Origin: Octopus sinensis
Lineage: Eukaryota
Length of the DNA stretch: 64,000 bases
Reading direction: 5' to 3'
NCBI RefSeq assembly: GCF_006345805.1
Contig: NC_042997.1
Location: forward strand, 56,296,001-56,360,000
The translations under genes were made by a program, and so were the position numbers. The notes beneath the pieces were generated by a model, which did not search any database, was not told the origin of the DNA, and worked only from the letters and a program-made list of their open reading frames with translations. Shown in pieces: positions 1-12,606 of this stretch (positions within the stretch are counted from its first letter, which is position 1; every line of letters starts with the position of its first letter).

Positions 1-654
1 TGTCATTCTGTCATTTTGAAGGAGATCCATTACTTAACAAACTTTAACAGGTTATAATTTCAACTGTACGTAAAACATCAAAGCTCTCTGTAACCCCAGC
101 TCTCTGATGAAGTAATAGTGTCAAATAGGAACATTTTCCTTGTGATGAATGGGCAATATATACTCTACCGATGATCTCTTGTATTCCTTTTTGGTAGTCT
201 TATCATTCTTTGTCAAGTCTTATTCTATGACTGCGATGTTTCATTTTCAAGGAAGTTGCAATGACAGATATTTCTCACTTTAGGATCATTTTTATCAAAA
301 TAAGCTGAATTTAGTTGATTGAACTTCTTGAGAGGCATTTTCTGCATTGTTTGGATCAAAAATTATTTGTTGTTGATTAGACTTGTGAATCTGAAGACTT
401 TTCGTGGAGGGATTTTTTTTTTTATTTTAATGAATGTGGAATTCCAATTTTTGACTTGATTCAAATTATTCAAGGCACCCTCAATTTTCATATTTAATGA
501 TCTTATCTTGCTGATATCAAGATGATTTCATTCTTTTCTTTCCAATGAGACTGTAGGCTGGTCTGTGCATCTGAATATGTTATTCTATAGATATTTGACA
601 ACTTTGACAGATGCATAACATTTAACATTCATATTTCTTATTTCTTTATTGCCC

Positions 655-885
655 ACAAAGGGGGACAAACAAGGACAGACAAACAAGAGGGGACAAACAA
701 GGACAGACAAACGGATTAAGTCGATTACATCGACCCCAGTACGTAACTGGTACTTATTTAATTGACCCCAAAAAGATGAAAGGCAAAGTCGATCTCATCG
801 GAATTTGAACTCAGAACATAGCAGCAGACGAAATACCGCTAAGCATTTCGCCCTGCATGCTAAAGTTTTTGCCAGCTTGCCGCCT
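655..885 (-). mobile_element. tRNA-derived SINE with Meta/MESC central domain
   Basis: Minus strand reads GGCGGCAAGCTGGC...GTTCTGAGTTCAAATTCCG (B box)...GACTTTGCCTTTCATCTTTTTGGGGTCAAT..AAGTACCAGT, matching the Meta-domain pattern. Related copies at 28360-28475, 29212-29398, 32077-32290, 49120-49450 and 61080-61192. Confidence 0.75.
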
Positions 886-989
886 AACATTCATATTTCT
901 GAAATAACCAAGCATTGTAGGAAACCACATGTTGATTATTCACCTTACTGTCCATTTCCAACTCAAGTGAATATCAAAATCGAAATCGA

Positions 990-1327
990 TCAACATCAAT
1001 GGAAATTGTAGCTGTGATACCAGTGCCGGTAGCACGTAAGAGAACCATCCGAACGTGGCCGTTGCCAGCGCCACCCCAACTGGCCTCCGTGCCGGTGGCA
1101 CGTAAAAAGCACCATCTGATTGTGGCCGTTTGCCAGCTTCGTCTGGCACGTAGAAAGCACCCACTACACTCACGGAGTGGTTGGCGTTAGGAAGGGCATC
1201 CAGCTGTAGAAACACTGCCAGATCAGACTGGGCCTGGTGCAGCCTTCTGGCTTCCCAGACCCCAGTTGAACCGTTCAACCCATGCTAGCATGGAAAGCAG
1301 ACGTTAAATGATGATGATGATGATGAT
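990..1327 (+). mobile_element. RTE-LINE 3' UTR/tail fragment ending in (GAT)n
   Basis: GTGCCGGTGGCACGTAAAAAGCACC units followed by the conserved tail ...GGAAGGGCATCCAGCTGTAGAAA...CCATGCTAGCATGGAAA..CGTTAAATGATGATG, seen in many copies in this window. Confidence 0.75.
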
Positions 1328-1374
1328 AGTTGCAGTATGATTCCTTCAGTAGGACTTTGCCGATGATACAATGG

Positions 1375-1495
1375 ATACACTTGTGAAACTCATATGGAAA
1401 ACTCTTGCTGCAATACCCATTTAACATGCAAGACAAATAACATTCTGTTCGCCACATGGGCCATGTATCATGTGCTTCTTTATCAAACCATAAAG
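1375..1495 (-). pseudogene. Helitron Rep/helicase coding fragment (frameshifted)
   Basis: Minus strand translates LYGLIKKHMIHGPCGEQNVIC / CMLNGYCSKSFPYEF, matching the HMIHGPCG..N...CM..G.CSK.FP motif of Helitron RepHel proteins. One frameshift separates the two parts. Confidence 0.7.
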
Positions 1496-3709
1496 ACCAA
1501 TTTTACATACATTACTTGGATTTTATTTTATAATAATTTTGTTCATGGTATAATTGAAGCATTTCAGTGAAATATTTTAACCAAAGTAAAGTTACTTGCT
1601 GCATCAATATGGCTGTTCAATGTTACTAGTAGTTTAACCCCGGGCAGATTTTCCACCAGCTGGTTATATATTCTGCACCTTGAATATATATTGCAAGGGG
1701 TTAAACTAGCAGTAACATTGAACAGCCATATTGATGTATTTAAACTAGCAGTAACATAATATAATGAAATTATTGTATACAGTGCTCAGGTGCACCCACA
1801 ACTTGTCAGAGTATATGCAGTAATGTACAAATGTCTGGAAAGCTAACAATGCATGAGTCAGATACATGCTTGTGTGTGTATGTAGGGGAGAAAATCAGGT
1901 GTAGTGTTGGCGAATCTCAGAAGGCATGGAAGTTTTGAAGGATGCAAACATTGAACAGCAGTATTGATGTGGCGATTAATTTTACTTATTATAGTTACTA
2001 CTCTCACCTATTATTGAGATTTTACAACTAGCTACTTTGCTTATTTTAACCAAAGCTTTCAATTAATTATTTTCATTTATGATAAGGAATGTGTCATGTT
2101 TTTTCTTTTTTTATTTCATAACTGTAGCATATCAATAAAAATTCAAGTGGAATATAATATATTTATCTTACAAACAGCAGAATTGACAGTTTTATTAACT
2201 GAAAGGTTTTGTAAAATAATTTAACCACCTCAGACGTAAGTAACTTCAAGTGATTGAAGAAACTGCATTCAATAAGTCTTAATACATTGACAACAGAATT
2301 AACTGTCCTACTCAATGAGATCTTTAGTAAATCCTTGTTGCTTTTATTACCATTCTCTTTCTGTTTCTCATGTCTTTTTTATCCTTTTCTTATCATCACA
2401 CAATTTAATGTTGTATTTGAGAGTGAAATATTTGTGGCCATGTTTTTGGTGGTGTGTGAAGAAAACAATGCTTTGACTAAACACAAACCTTATTTTTCTC
2501 CATGTTATATATGTAGATTCAATGACTAAACCAAATAAATTCACTTTTGCAGGTAATGAATTATAGCAAAATTGTTAAAGTATCAAACAGAATGCCTATC
2601 AGTACTTGTTCCAACTATATGCACTTTGAGTTCAAATCCCAGCAAGGTTAGACTTTTGCCTTTCATCCTTTCAGTTCAGTTAGAAAGTACCTACCAATAC
2701 AGAGGGGTGGGTTATCAGATTTGTTGCTGTCACAGATTTTGAAATTAAATGAAACTTTTCAAATTTGGTATATTGATGCAATTTTTTATGCTGAATCCAG
2801 TTTTATGATACACTCATTCCCAAAAAATTCAATAAAAAATGTTGTAATCGTTTTTACCCAATTAGAAAACAGGATTTGGAAGATAGCATTTTCTGCACAA
2901 CAGCTATCATGAAATGAAAGTAAAAACATTACAACAAAACAAAATGAAAGCAAAACATTACAATGACAAAAAGTTGTAAGTTTTAATAAGTTTTAATCGA
3001 ATAAAATCATGTGAAACGGTCGAACAGGTATGTAAATAATTTAAAAAGGAAAAAAATCCATTAGGGTTAGGTTTAAAATTAGGGTTTAGGGGTTGGGATA
3101 GGGTTAGAGCTAGGGCTTGACTTATTGGCAAAGTAATTACATAGTCTAAAAGAAAATAAACATGGTGGTGTTGGTGGTTCAGACAGCAGACTACAACTTT
3201 GTTACTATGGAAACAGGCATCAAAATGTTTGGCTAAAATTACTCAAAATTTGCTAAGTTTAAAAGCTACTGACTTTTTATTAATTTATGGAGAAAATGAA
3301 TTTCATTTTCATAATTAGCAAACAAAACAAAATCAGTACACGAAATTTGAAAGCAATTGAAACAAAATTAAAAACAAAAGTAGACAACTGTGACAGCAAC
3401 AGGTAAGATCCCAGAACTGAAAGAATGACATATCAATTGCCTTATGCAATTTGTCCTGTCACTTTGCATTTCAAGTTCATATGCTGCCATATTCTACTTC
3501 GGTGGTAGACTTAATCTGTCATGTGATCTAACACTACTACTAAAAATTATCTTGATCTGAGTATACGACAGACAGATAGAGAAACAAGGATTGTGTATAT
3601 ATATATATATATATAATCCAAACAAGAAAGCACAAAAAAACACAACAACGCGAGGATGTGGAACAAATATAGTATTATTGGACGCTCGGGAAAGAAGGAA
3701 AGAAGGAGG

Positions 3710-3744
3710 GTTTAACGTTTCGAGCGGAGCTCTTCGTCGGAAAC
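3710..3744 (-). ncRNA. Minimal type I hammerhead ribozyme motif (Penelope-type, U4C variant) in a short retroelement
   Basis: Minus strand: GUUU-CCGACGA-A-GAGC(UCC)GCUC-GAAAC-GUU-AAAC. Stem I is GUUU/AAAC, stem II is GAGC/GCUC, and the cleavage triplet is GUU. Confidence 0.55.
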
Positions 3745-5031
3745 ATAAGAGAAGGAAAAATCCAGAGAAGGAAAGACAGAGGAATATATATATATGCAAA
3801 ACACATGTATAACAACAATACAAGTTTACCTCAATGTCAGTGGAAATAAAGGACAAAATTTATTAAATGACACAAGTTTAGGACACATACATCATCGAAT
3901 GAAAGTGAATATCAAATAAATCGCTGTCGAGAAACTCAGAATTCTGGCTGTGTTCCATGCCTGTATCATTTAATATATATATATATCATTCTTAAACATA
4001 AATCCGAAAAAAGAAGCACACTCTAAATTATAGAGCAGTATATATTAAAGTTAGATAAGGGAGGTTTATGGGATTACTTTAGGTTTCATGTCCATAAAGG
4101 GATTAGTTTTATGGTATGTCATCAAGTCCCAAAACCTGTTGGCTAAACGCCTCTCTAGAAATATAGAGGAGAAACGGACCCTGATAATGTCAACAGGAGG
4201 GGGTTGCCTCCCCTTCACTATTGATCGCCGATGTCGACAAAGAGGATTGTGTCCCTTTGTCTATCGACCACCGGTGGACCTCTTATCCCATGGGTTCCAA
4301 TAGGACAGCTGATGATTGGGGATTTTTCCTTGTGTAGTATGTCCTGTACTTTGTTTTTCTGTTGTAAAAAAATATTTTTCCCGTTTTCGTTTCTCGTCCA
4401 GTTCCACGTCTCTGTTTTTCTGTTGTAAAAAAATGGCTTTTCCGTTTTCGTTTCTCGTTGAGTTCTACGTCTCGTTGTGGTGTCCTGTACTCACGTATAT
4501 ATATTTATATATGCATGTGTATATACATGTAGATGTAGGTACGTACATATATGTTTGTATGTATGCACATATTTTATTTATTACACTATATATGTATGTA
4601 TGTATATACACAGAGAGAGAGAGGCATACACTCACTCACACACATATTACTATATATATAAGTATTACATATAGGTGCAGGCGTGGCTGTGCGTAGTAAA
4701 TTTGCTTCCTAACCACATGGCTCTGCGTTCGGTCCCACCATGTGGTACCGTATGTGTTACAAGGTTCACAATGTGGTTTATTGATCTTATGAGCGAACAA
4801 AAAATTTTTATATAAATTAATGTGTTTTGATTTTAAAATAATTAGATAAAATAGGGATGAATATGATACAAAAAGAGAAAACAAAACCCTACGGTCCTAT
4901 CATTTACAGCAGTGCTGCAACTGCTTTTTACACATGCAAGACAATTTTTTCATGGACCGAGGGTTCATGCACACAGCAAACCACAATAAAGTATATAATA
5001 TATAATTAATACATTTTATAATACATATATT

Positions 5032-5546
5032 TCTATATATATAAAACTGTAGTTGTGTGAGTGTCTGTCTCCTACGATTTAGATTCCTAACTCCTCCCAC
5101 ATTTTGCGGTGCAGTTTAACCAAATTCGGGTATCTTATAGTCGTGATTAATATCGAGCCCGTCTGGCTATTAGCGCGCGTCTACAATGAGTCTACGATTT
5201 TAAAATAATTTACATCATTTTTTATTCCATTTTAATGCATAATTTTTCGTGTATCGATGGCGGCGGAGTTGGCGTCCACGCTCAAACACCTGCATCTGTG
5301 TTTGCTTCTCCCCCTTCTTCCCTCCCTCGTGAAGCTGTGGGGAAGGGAGTTTAAGGAAGTCAACGTCGTAATGCGTTGTCAAGGAGACCAGCGTTCTTTT
5401 AGAACAACGACTTCATGGCTTGAAGACACCAAAACAGAAATGGCTAAGAAAGCCCGAATTGGCATCTATAAAGGAAGTAACTCTCTAAAAATGCTTATAT
5501 AGTTATTTCCCTTACAAACCCGAGCAACGCCGGGCGATACTGCTAG
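5032..5546 (+). mobile_element. Non-autonomous Helitron
   Basis: 5' TCTATATATATAAAAC. The 3' end has a CCCG-agcaacgc-CGGG hairpin about 10 nt before the terminal CTAG, followed by T. A homologous copy lies at 7354-7719. Confidence 0.75.
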
Positions 5547-5879
5547 TTACATATATAGACGATCTCAACTTTAATCAAAAGAATGCCTATATTGCAGACT
5601 ATGATAGTCAATAAAACAAAAATAAAAGGTTAAAATTTCTTTCTGTGCGGCCTGGTATGAAAAAATCCACAGCCTAGTGGTTGGGGACACCTAATTTAAA
5701 CAAAGTACATAACTTGAGAAGAAGGAAATGGTAGCCCTTTGTTATGTCCAGTAATTTAATCGAGAGAGACCAAACTGATAGAAAGTTCAGTTAATGTTTA
5801 CTTTAACACTCGGCCACTAAAATAAATAAATAAATAACAAGCGTAATAGATGTTAAAAAATGTGTATTAAACGAATATG

Positions 5880-6690
5880 AAAGTGTAAGCGTCCTGAAAG
5901 AAATGTTGGACATAAGAAGCACCAGATGTGGTGTGCAAGAGATGACTGCGCTGGTATGGTCATGTGCTGCATATGGATGAGGAGAGCTGTGTGAAGAAGT
6001 GTCATTCCCTAATGGCGGAAGGAACTCGTGGAAGAGGGAGACTCAGGAAGACATAGGATGAGGTGGTGAAGTCTGACCTTTGAACGTTGGGCCTCACAGA
6101 GGCAATGACGAAAGACCGAGACCTCTGAAGATATGCTGTGACTGAGAAGACCCGGCAAGTAAAGTAGCCTGCACCAGTGTCGCATAACCAGCCCACTTAG
6201 AAAAGTACCTTTGGATCGTTGGGCGACATGCCGTGCTTGAGGAGACCTGTTGGGTCATGTAAATCAAAATCAAACAGAAACTGTAGTTGTGATCGATGCC
6301 AATGCCACCAGACTGGCTCCCATGCTGGTGGCACGCAATACGCACCATTCACGCGTGGGTCGTTGCCTGACTGGCTCCCCGTGCTGGTAGCACGAAAATA
6401 GCACCGTCCGAACGTGGTTGATGCCAGCCCCCTCGCCCCGACTGGTTCCTGTGCCGGAGGCACGTAAAAAGCACCATCAGAACTACTGCCTGACTGGTTT
6501 CCATGCTGGTGGCACGTAAAAAGCATCCACTACACTCTCAGAGTAGTTGGCGTTAGGAAAGGCATCCAGCTGTAGAAACATTGCCAGATCAGACTGGAGC
6601 CTGGTGCTGCATCCTGGCATCCCAGACCCCGGTTGAACCGTCCAACCCATGCTAGCATGGAAAACGGGCGTTAAACGATGATGATGATGA
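5880..6690 (+). mobile_element. 5'-truncated RTE LINE (ORF C-terminus + repetitive 3' UTR + GAT tail)
   Basis: Degenerate WYGHVLHMDEESCVKKC...GRGR.RKT.DEVVK.DL.TLGLTEAMTKDRDL.RYAV, typical of the RTE C-terminus, followed by the shared tail. Confidence 0.75.
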
Positions 6691-6952
6691 AAACAAGAAC
6701 TTGCGCCAACGAACCAGGAAGTGTGGAGAGTACTTTCGGAAAATTCACAAGATCCAACTTTTTTCCCTCATTACTTTTAGGAAAATAGATATCTTTTAAT
6801 GAAATTTTGGTGTTCTTTCAGTACAAACAGCATAGTTGTCAAACTCGGTCATATGGGATCATATTATTGTTCGTGAATTTGATATTCCCGAGTTTGACAA
6901 CTATGCTATTTGTAATGAAAGAATACCGAAATTTTTATATATAAAAGTCAAG

Positions 6953-7353
6953 AGGAGTGGTTGTGTGGTAAGTAGCTTGCTAACCAACCACATGGTTCCG
7001 GGTTCAGTCCCACTGCGTGGCATCTTGGGCAAGTGTCTTCTGCTATAGCCTCGGGCCGACCAATGCCTTGTGAGTGGATTTGGTAGACGGAAACTGAAAG
7101 AAGCCTGTCGTATATATGTATATATATATATGTATGTGTGTGTTTGTGTGTCTGTGTTTGTCCCCTTAGCATTGCTTGACAACCGATGCTGGTGTGTTTA
7201 TGTCCCCGTTACTTAGCGGTTCGGCAAAAGAGACCGATAGAATAAGTACTGGGCTTACAAAGAATAAGTCCCGGGGTCGATGTGCTCGACTAAAGGCGGT
7301 GCTCCAGCATGGCCGCAGTCAAAATGACTGAAACAAGTAAAATAGTAAAAGAG
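6953..7353 (+). mobile_element. tRNA-CORE SINE (OR-type octopus SINE)
   Basis: tRNA-like head with A box (TGTGTGGTAAG) and B box (GGGTTCAGTCC), CORE-like CTTGGGCAAGTGTCTT, an internal TA/TG microsatellite and a conserved 3' part. Near-identical copies at 8561-8896 (+), 35040-35477 (-) and 53226-53610 (+). Confidence 0.8.
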
Positions 7354-7719
7354 AGTTGTGTGTCTGTCTCCTACGATTTAGATTCCTAACTACTCCCACA
7401 TTTTGCGGTGCAGTTTAACCAAAACCGGGTATCTTATAGTCGTGATTCATATCGGGCCCTTCTGGGTATTAGCGCGCGTCTACGATTTAAAAAAAAATTT
7501 ACCATCATTTTTTTCCATTTTAATGCATTTTTTTCGCTATTATATAAGGAAAGTAACTCTCTAAAAATGTCTACATGAGTCAACGATTTAAAAAAAAATT
7601 TACCATCATTTTTTTCCATTTTTAATGCATTTTTTGCTATTTTTTGGCTATAACTCTCTAAAAATGCTTATATAGTTATTTCCCTTACAAACCCGAGCAA
7701 CGCCAGGCGATACTGCTAG
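7354..7719 (+). mobile_element. Non-autonomous Helitron (second copy, internal duplication)
   Basis: Homologous to 5050-5546 and ends CCCGAGCAACGCCAGGCGATACTGCTAG-T. Confidence 0.7.
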
Positions 7720-8261
7720 TTTTAAATAAATACCTTTCAAACAGCATAGATTACGACTATAAAGAAATTTGTGGGGGAAATTTTTTCCAAGGGAGGGGGG
7801 GGGCGGAGAGGACTTTTGATGAGAGAGAAATTCATAAATTATTTTTTTGCTTGAGTGTAATGGAAGTTTGAAAAAGAATCTTTAGATTCATTTATTTTTC
7901 GTTTGAGTAAATAGAAAAAGGATATAAAAAAGATACCATGTATCATGGTGAGAGAAACATTCATAAATACGGTTTCACCTTCGGAAACTCTCCCCACTCC
8001 CACCGAAAAAATTTCCCCACAAATTTCATTAAAAGATATCCATTTCCTTAAAATGTCATGTAGCTATTTTTGCATGTATGTGCAAGTGGCACTCACTCTC
8101 TCTCTCTCTCTCTCTCTATCACACACACACACGCACACATTATCTTTGATATACACGTACATACTTAAATACGTATGCATACATCATTTTTGTATGTTTG
8201 CGTGAGAGAGAGAGAGAGCCGCTTATACATACATGCAAAAAATACAACACAACTTCACTCA

Positions 8262-8299
<38 letters not shown>

Positions 8300-8560
8300 T
8301 CCATCTTTCTCCTCTCACTTCAAAGCAAATGTCGACTTTTCACTTTCTTTTAATTTCTGCATTAACCGAAATTGCAGTTAATTTCTTCAAATCACATATT
8401 TCCGTCTTAGTAAGGGATGAAGAACAATGGGCAACACCTCCTGATATGTTTCTTCATAATTTTCTTATTTATATCTGTAATGCAATTTTGCAGACTACAT
8501 TTTCGTAGGTGTAAATGTCGATTAATTGAAAGTGGTTTTTATTTTATTTTATTTTTTCAT

Positions 8561-8896
8561 AGGCGCAAGAGTGGCTGTGTGGTAAGTTGCTTACTTACCA
8601 AACACATGGTTTGGGGTTCAGTCTTCTACTATAGCATACTATGGATTTGGTAGACGGAAACTGAAAGAAGCCCGTCGTATATATGTATGTGTGTGTGTTT
8701 GTCCCCCCAACATCGCTTGACAACCGATGCTGGTGTGTTTGCGTCCCCGTAACTTAGCGGTTCGGCAAAAGAGACCGTTAGAATAAGTACTAGGCTTACA
8801 AAGAATAAGTCCTGTGGTCGATTTGCTCGACTAAAGGCGGTGCTCCAGCATGGCCACAGTCAAATGAATGAAACAAGTAAAAAGTAAAAGAGAGTA
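8561..8896 (+). mobile_element. tRNA-CORE SINE
   Basis: Same family as 6953-7353. Confidence 0.8.
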
Positions 8897-11506
8897 AAAC
8901 AATGAATCTATATCATTTTAACTGTTTAGTAACTTGTTTATGTTCATTGCACCTAAAAAAATTTAATGACATTCGCTGTCTAATTGAAGGCATCTCATTT
9001 ATTAAAGCATTCATTAATGAAAACATTAACGATCTAACCCACTACAACACAGATCGAAATCATTCAGGACAATATCCTGCAACGTGCCCCGTTCATCTTA
9101 TACATCTATGCTGAGCAGTAATTTCGAGCAAGTCATAAAATGGTTTTTAAAATTATGAACTTTTTCTTTCCGATTAAGAAAAAAATTTTAATTTAAATTT
9201 TTAAAAATTCAATAAACATAATTGTAATCTACACATTCGAAAATTTATTTCTACATTAAAAAATATACAACATTAAGAAAGTTATGAAATATAAGCTCGG
9301 GGTACGTATCTCTAAAGTGTAGTTATGTCGAATGATGCAAGTCTAGCTACATAATAGCTGACTTATGGTGGGTGATTAAAAGTGAAAAGGGGGCACAAAA
9401 ATTGCAATCTTTAATAACATTTAGCTGGTTTGAAGCTTGTATAATTTGCCAAATTTCAAGGCTGAGAAATAATTATATGTATTTTCTTTTCTCGTGCAGT
9501 CAGTTTGTCTGCAATAAGAGAGTGGATGCATTTCTTCGTCTCGAGATCCTCGTGAAAGTGAAGCTATTTATAAAACTTGGGTGTTTTCCAGAGTGAAAAG
9601 TGAAAGCGTCTTCGAAGGAAAATGTCGTATGCGATCAAGACGGCAAAATAATTACGTTACTTGTATTTGCTGTAAATTGTTGGTTGGAATAGTTAAGGCC
9701 ATACTCTGCTCAAGTTAATTAGAATATAATTCATGAATCCAACTTCAATGACATCACACTGAATGCTAATACTAAATTACAATTGTCAATTAGTTTAATG
9801 GCTTCACTTTTTGACACGGAAAACACCTACTTTTGACAAAGTGAAAACTTCTTCGGGAGTTTGAACACGAAGCGGCACCACCCAAAACATATCAGCCTAC
9901 TTTAAGAAACCGATAGTGAGGAGAAGGGGGAAAACGACTGAATGAAACTGTTTCATGACATTGCCAGCAATTATTCACCCACAACTTGGACATATTTATT
10001 TTCAATTCGCGATTAGTTTAGCATTGCTCAAAAACTCTTTCGTTTCTTATAAACCTCTGACAAACTACACAAATGTATAGGAAATAATCTGGTGTCTTTT
10101 CACAAACAATACGGTGGGTGTATGCTTGACCATTTAGTATGCTGTACGGAGTATAATTAAGTTCACAACTTGAACAAAAATGTCATCCTGGCCTGCCAAT
10201 TACTGTAATTATTAGTAACCTAATAATTGTAATAACAATTTATTCCGATTATTATATTAGAGATGTGTTAAAACAGGGAAAATCCACCTCTGAACAGATA
10301 CAAAATTATCAAAGAAATCAAACTAAATGCTAAAATGTCAGGCAAATTAAAAACTAGACTTAAAAGTCTACTGGTCAAGTGAAAAATAACTTTTATAAAG
10401 TAGAAATGGTATGTTATGTCGTAACATCGTCTAAATTATATTCAACAACAATAACGCAACAATGAACTACAACTTAAAATTTTCCCTATGACTAACAATC
10501 TGATCACATAAAAAAATATAAAAAATTATCCATAGCAGCATAACAAATAAACAGATATCGGCTAAAATAAGAGAAAGTAAAATAGATACATTATACTAGA
10601 AGATCGCCAAGATCAATAATGCAAACTTTTTTTTGAAAATATGGCCTACAAAATTCACTGGGAAAACTTTATGGAACACCAAATAAAATTCACTTTTAAT
10701 TACATTATGTAGTTTAGTAGGACTTCTCACACTTATACGTCCCATAATCGAAAGATCATAGATTGTCTTATGTTTAAAAAGGGGGAAAAGTTATATCCAT
10801 ATTCTTATAAAATTTGCCTGTTGCACGTCACTGGCCTACATATGTAGGTAATGTTACATAAATAAATCCTTTTAATCTCAGCTAGTCAGAGAGCTTCTAC
10901 GTGGTTGCTCGACCTGCTGGAAATAGTAGCCAATCTCATTCAAATCTTTGACTATTAAGGATCTCGTTTGATAATTAATTTTGGATAAATCTATGAATAA
11001 GACAAGTGCCCTTGGCCTTCGTGATCAGGGTTGACTAACACTAAAACGACAACAATATAAAAATTACGATTTAATAAAATATTCTTACTAAGAATTATAG
11101 TTGTAAAAAAAAAGTCCACTTACGTACAAGTAATTTTTCTAAGATTTTGTTTTTTTTATGCTGACGTGTCTTCAAACTGACCGCAATCGGCGAATTATTA
11201 CGCACTATTATTATACGAAGAAAGCTCAGGAACCAAGTGAACAAAATCCTGTTCACCAGTTTTATTTATGAAACAGTTTCAGTTTCACATCGTTTTCCCC
11301 GAATTCGAAAACTCTACTTCCTATGAAATGAAGTCATTTGTGATGTGTGCTGTGTGATATTGTTTGTATACGCCCACATACTTATTTATAAAAGAGAGAG
11401 GGAGAAAACAGATTATAAATAGACTATAAATAGAAAATATTCTTTTAGTTGTTTCAGTCATAAGACTGCGGCCATGCTGGAGCACCGGTCTGAAGAATTT
11501 TGTGAA

Positions 11507-11575
<69 letters not shown>

Positions 11576-11581
11576 ATATTA

Positions 11582-11663
11582 TAGTGGGGTAGGCCGGTTT
11601 AAGAGGTTACCCTAGGGTTTTCGTTCATAAAGGATTTATTTAGCTTTACGGCCTACCCCACTA
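11582..11663. mobile_element. 82-bp Tc1/mariner-type MITE
   Basis: Perfect 15-bp TIRs TAGTGGGGTAGGCCG / CGGCCTACCCCACTA, flanked by TA on both sides. Confidence 0.6.
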
Positions 11664-11714
11664 TAATAACTGCTCTACATCTTAGAATGTGTTTCTCCTC
11701 CGGATTTATGTATT

Positions 11715-11759
<45 letters not shown>

Positions 11760-11761
11760 AC

Positions 11762-11814
<53 letters not shown>

Positions 11815-11817
<3 letters not shown>

Positions 11818-12606
11818 GGTAGAGGTAGTCCCAGGAAGACATGGGACGAGGTGGTCAAGCATGACCTTCGTACGTTGAGCCTCACAGAGGCTATGACGAA
11901 AGACCGAGACCTCTGGAGATATGCTGTGACCTCGAAGACCCGACAAATGAAGTGAGTTCATGGCTTGCAGGTCGGCCTGCTGCGCTTGAGGAGACTTATT
12001 GTGTCAAATTCATCAACATCAAAATAAAAATCGTATGGACATTGTAATTGTGATACCCGTGCCGGTGGCACGTAGCGCCTCAAAAGAGGAAATGACGAAG
12101 ACCGAGACCCTTGAGATATGCTGTGACTGTGAAGACCTGACAAATGAAGTGACTTCATGGCTCACAGGACGGCCTGCTGTGCTAACCTTGGATCATAGAG
12201 CGACCCACTGTTCTCGAGGAGACCTATTGAGTCAAGTACGTCAATACCAACATCAAAATAAAAATCAAATGGAAATTGTAGCTAAGACACCTGTGCCGGT
12301 GGCACATAAAAAGCACCGTCCGAACGTGGCAGATGCCAGCGCCGCCTGACTGGCATCCATGTCGGTGACACGTAAAAGCACCAACCGATCGTGGCCGTTT
12401 GCCAGCCTCGTCTGGCCCCTGAGCCGGTGGCACGTAAAAATCACCCACTACACTCATGGAGTGGTTAGCGTTAGGAAGGGCATCCAGCTGTAGAAACACT
12501 GCCAAACCAGACTAGAGCCTGGTGCAGCCTCCATGGCTTACCAGACCCCCGTCGAACCGTCCAACCCATGCTAGCATGGAAAACGGACATTAAATGATGA
12601 TGATGA
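11815..12606 (+). mobile_element. Tandem RTE 3' fragments
   Basis: GRGSPRKTWDEVVKHDLRTLSLTEAMTKDRDLWRYAVTSKTRQMK* occurs, then partly repeats, then the common tail and (GAT)n follow. Confidence 0.75.

Noticed and set aside
1-600. Unique-looking sequence with a minus-strand acceptor near 571, possibly an exon
   Set aside because: All three minus-strand frames hit stops early, and no recognisable protein motif is present.
940-1278. Many 60-130-aa ORFs in the track (this one and similar)
   Set aside because: They are chance frames through SINE/RTE tails or microsatellites, and the same pseudo-peptides recur at each repeat copy.
3846-3965. Plus-strand peptide CRETQNSGCVPC (TNFR-like) or minus-strand 70-nt exon MEHSQNSEF...
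   Set aside because: The match is short, there is no partner exon in a compatible phase, and no suitable donor for the plus reading.
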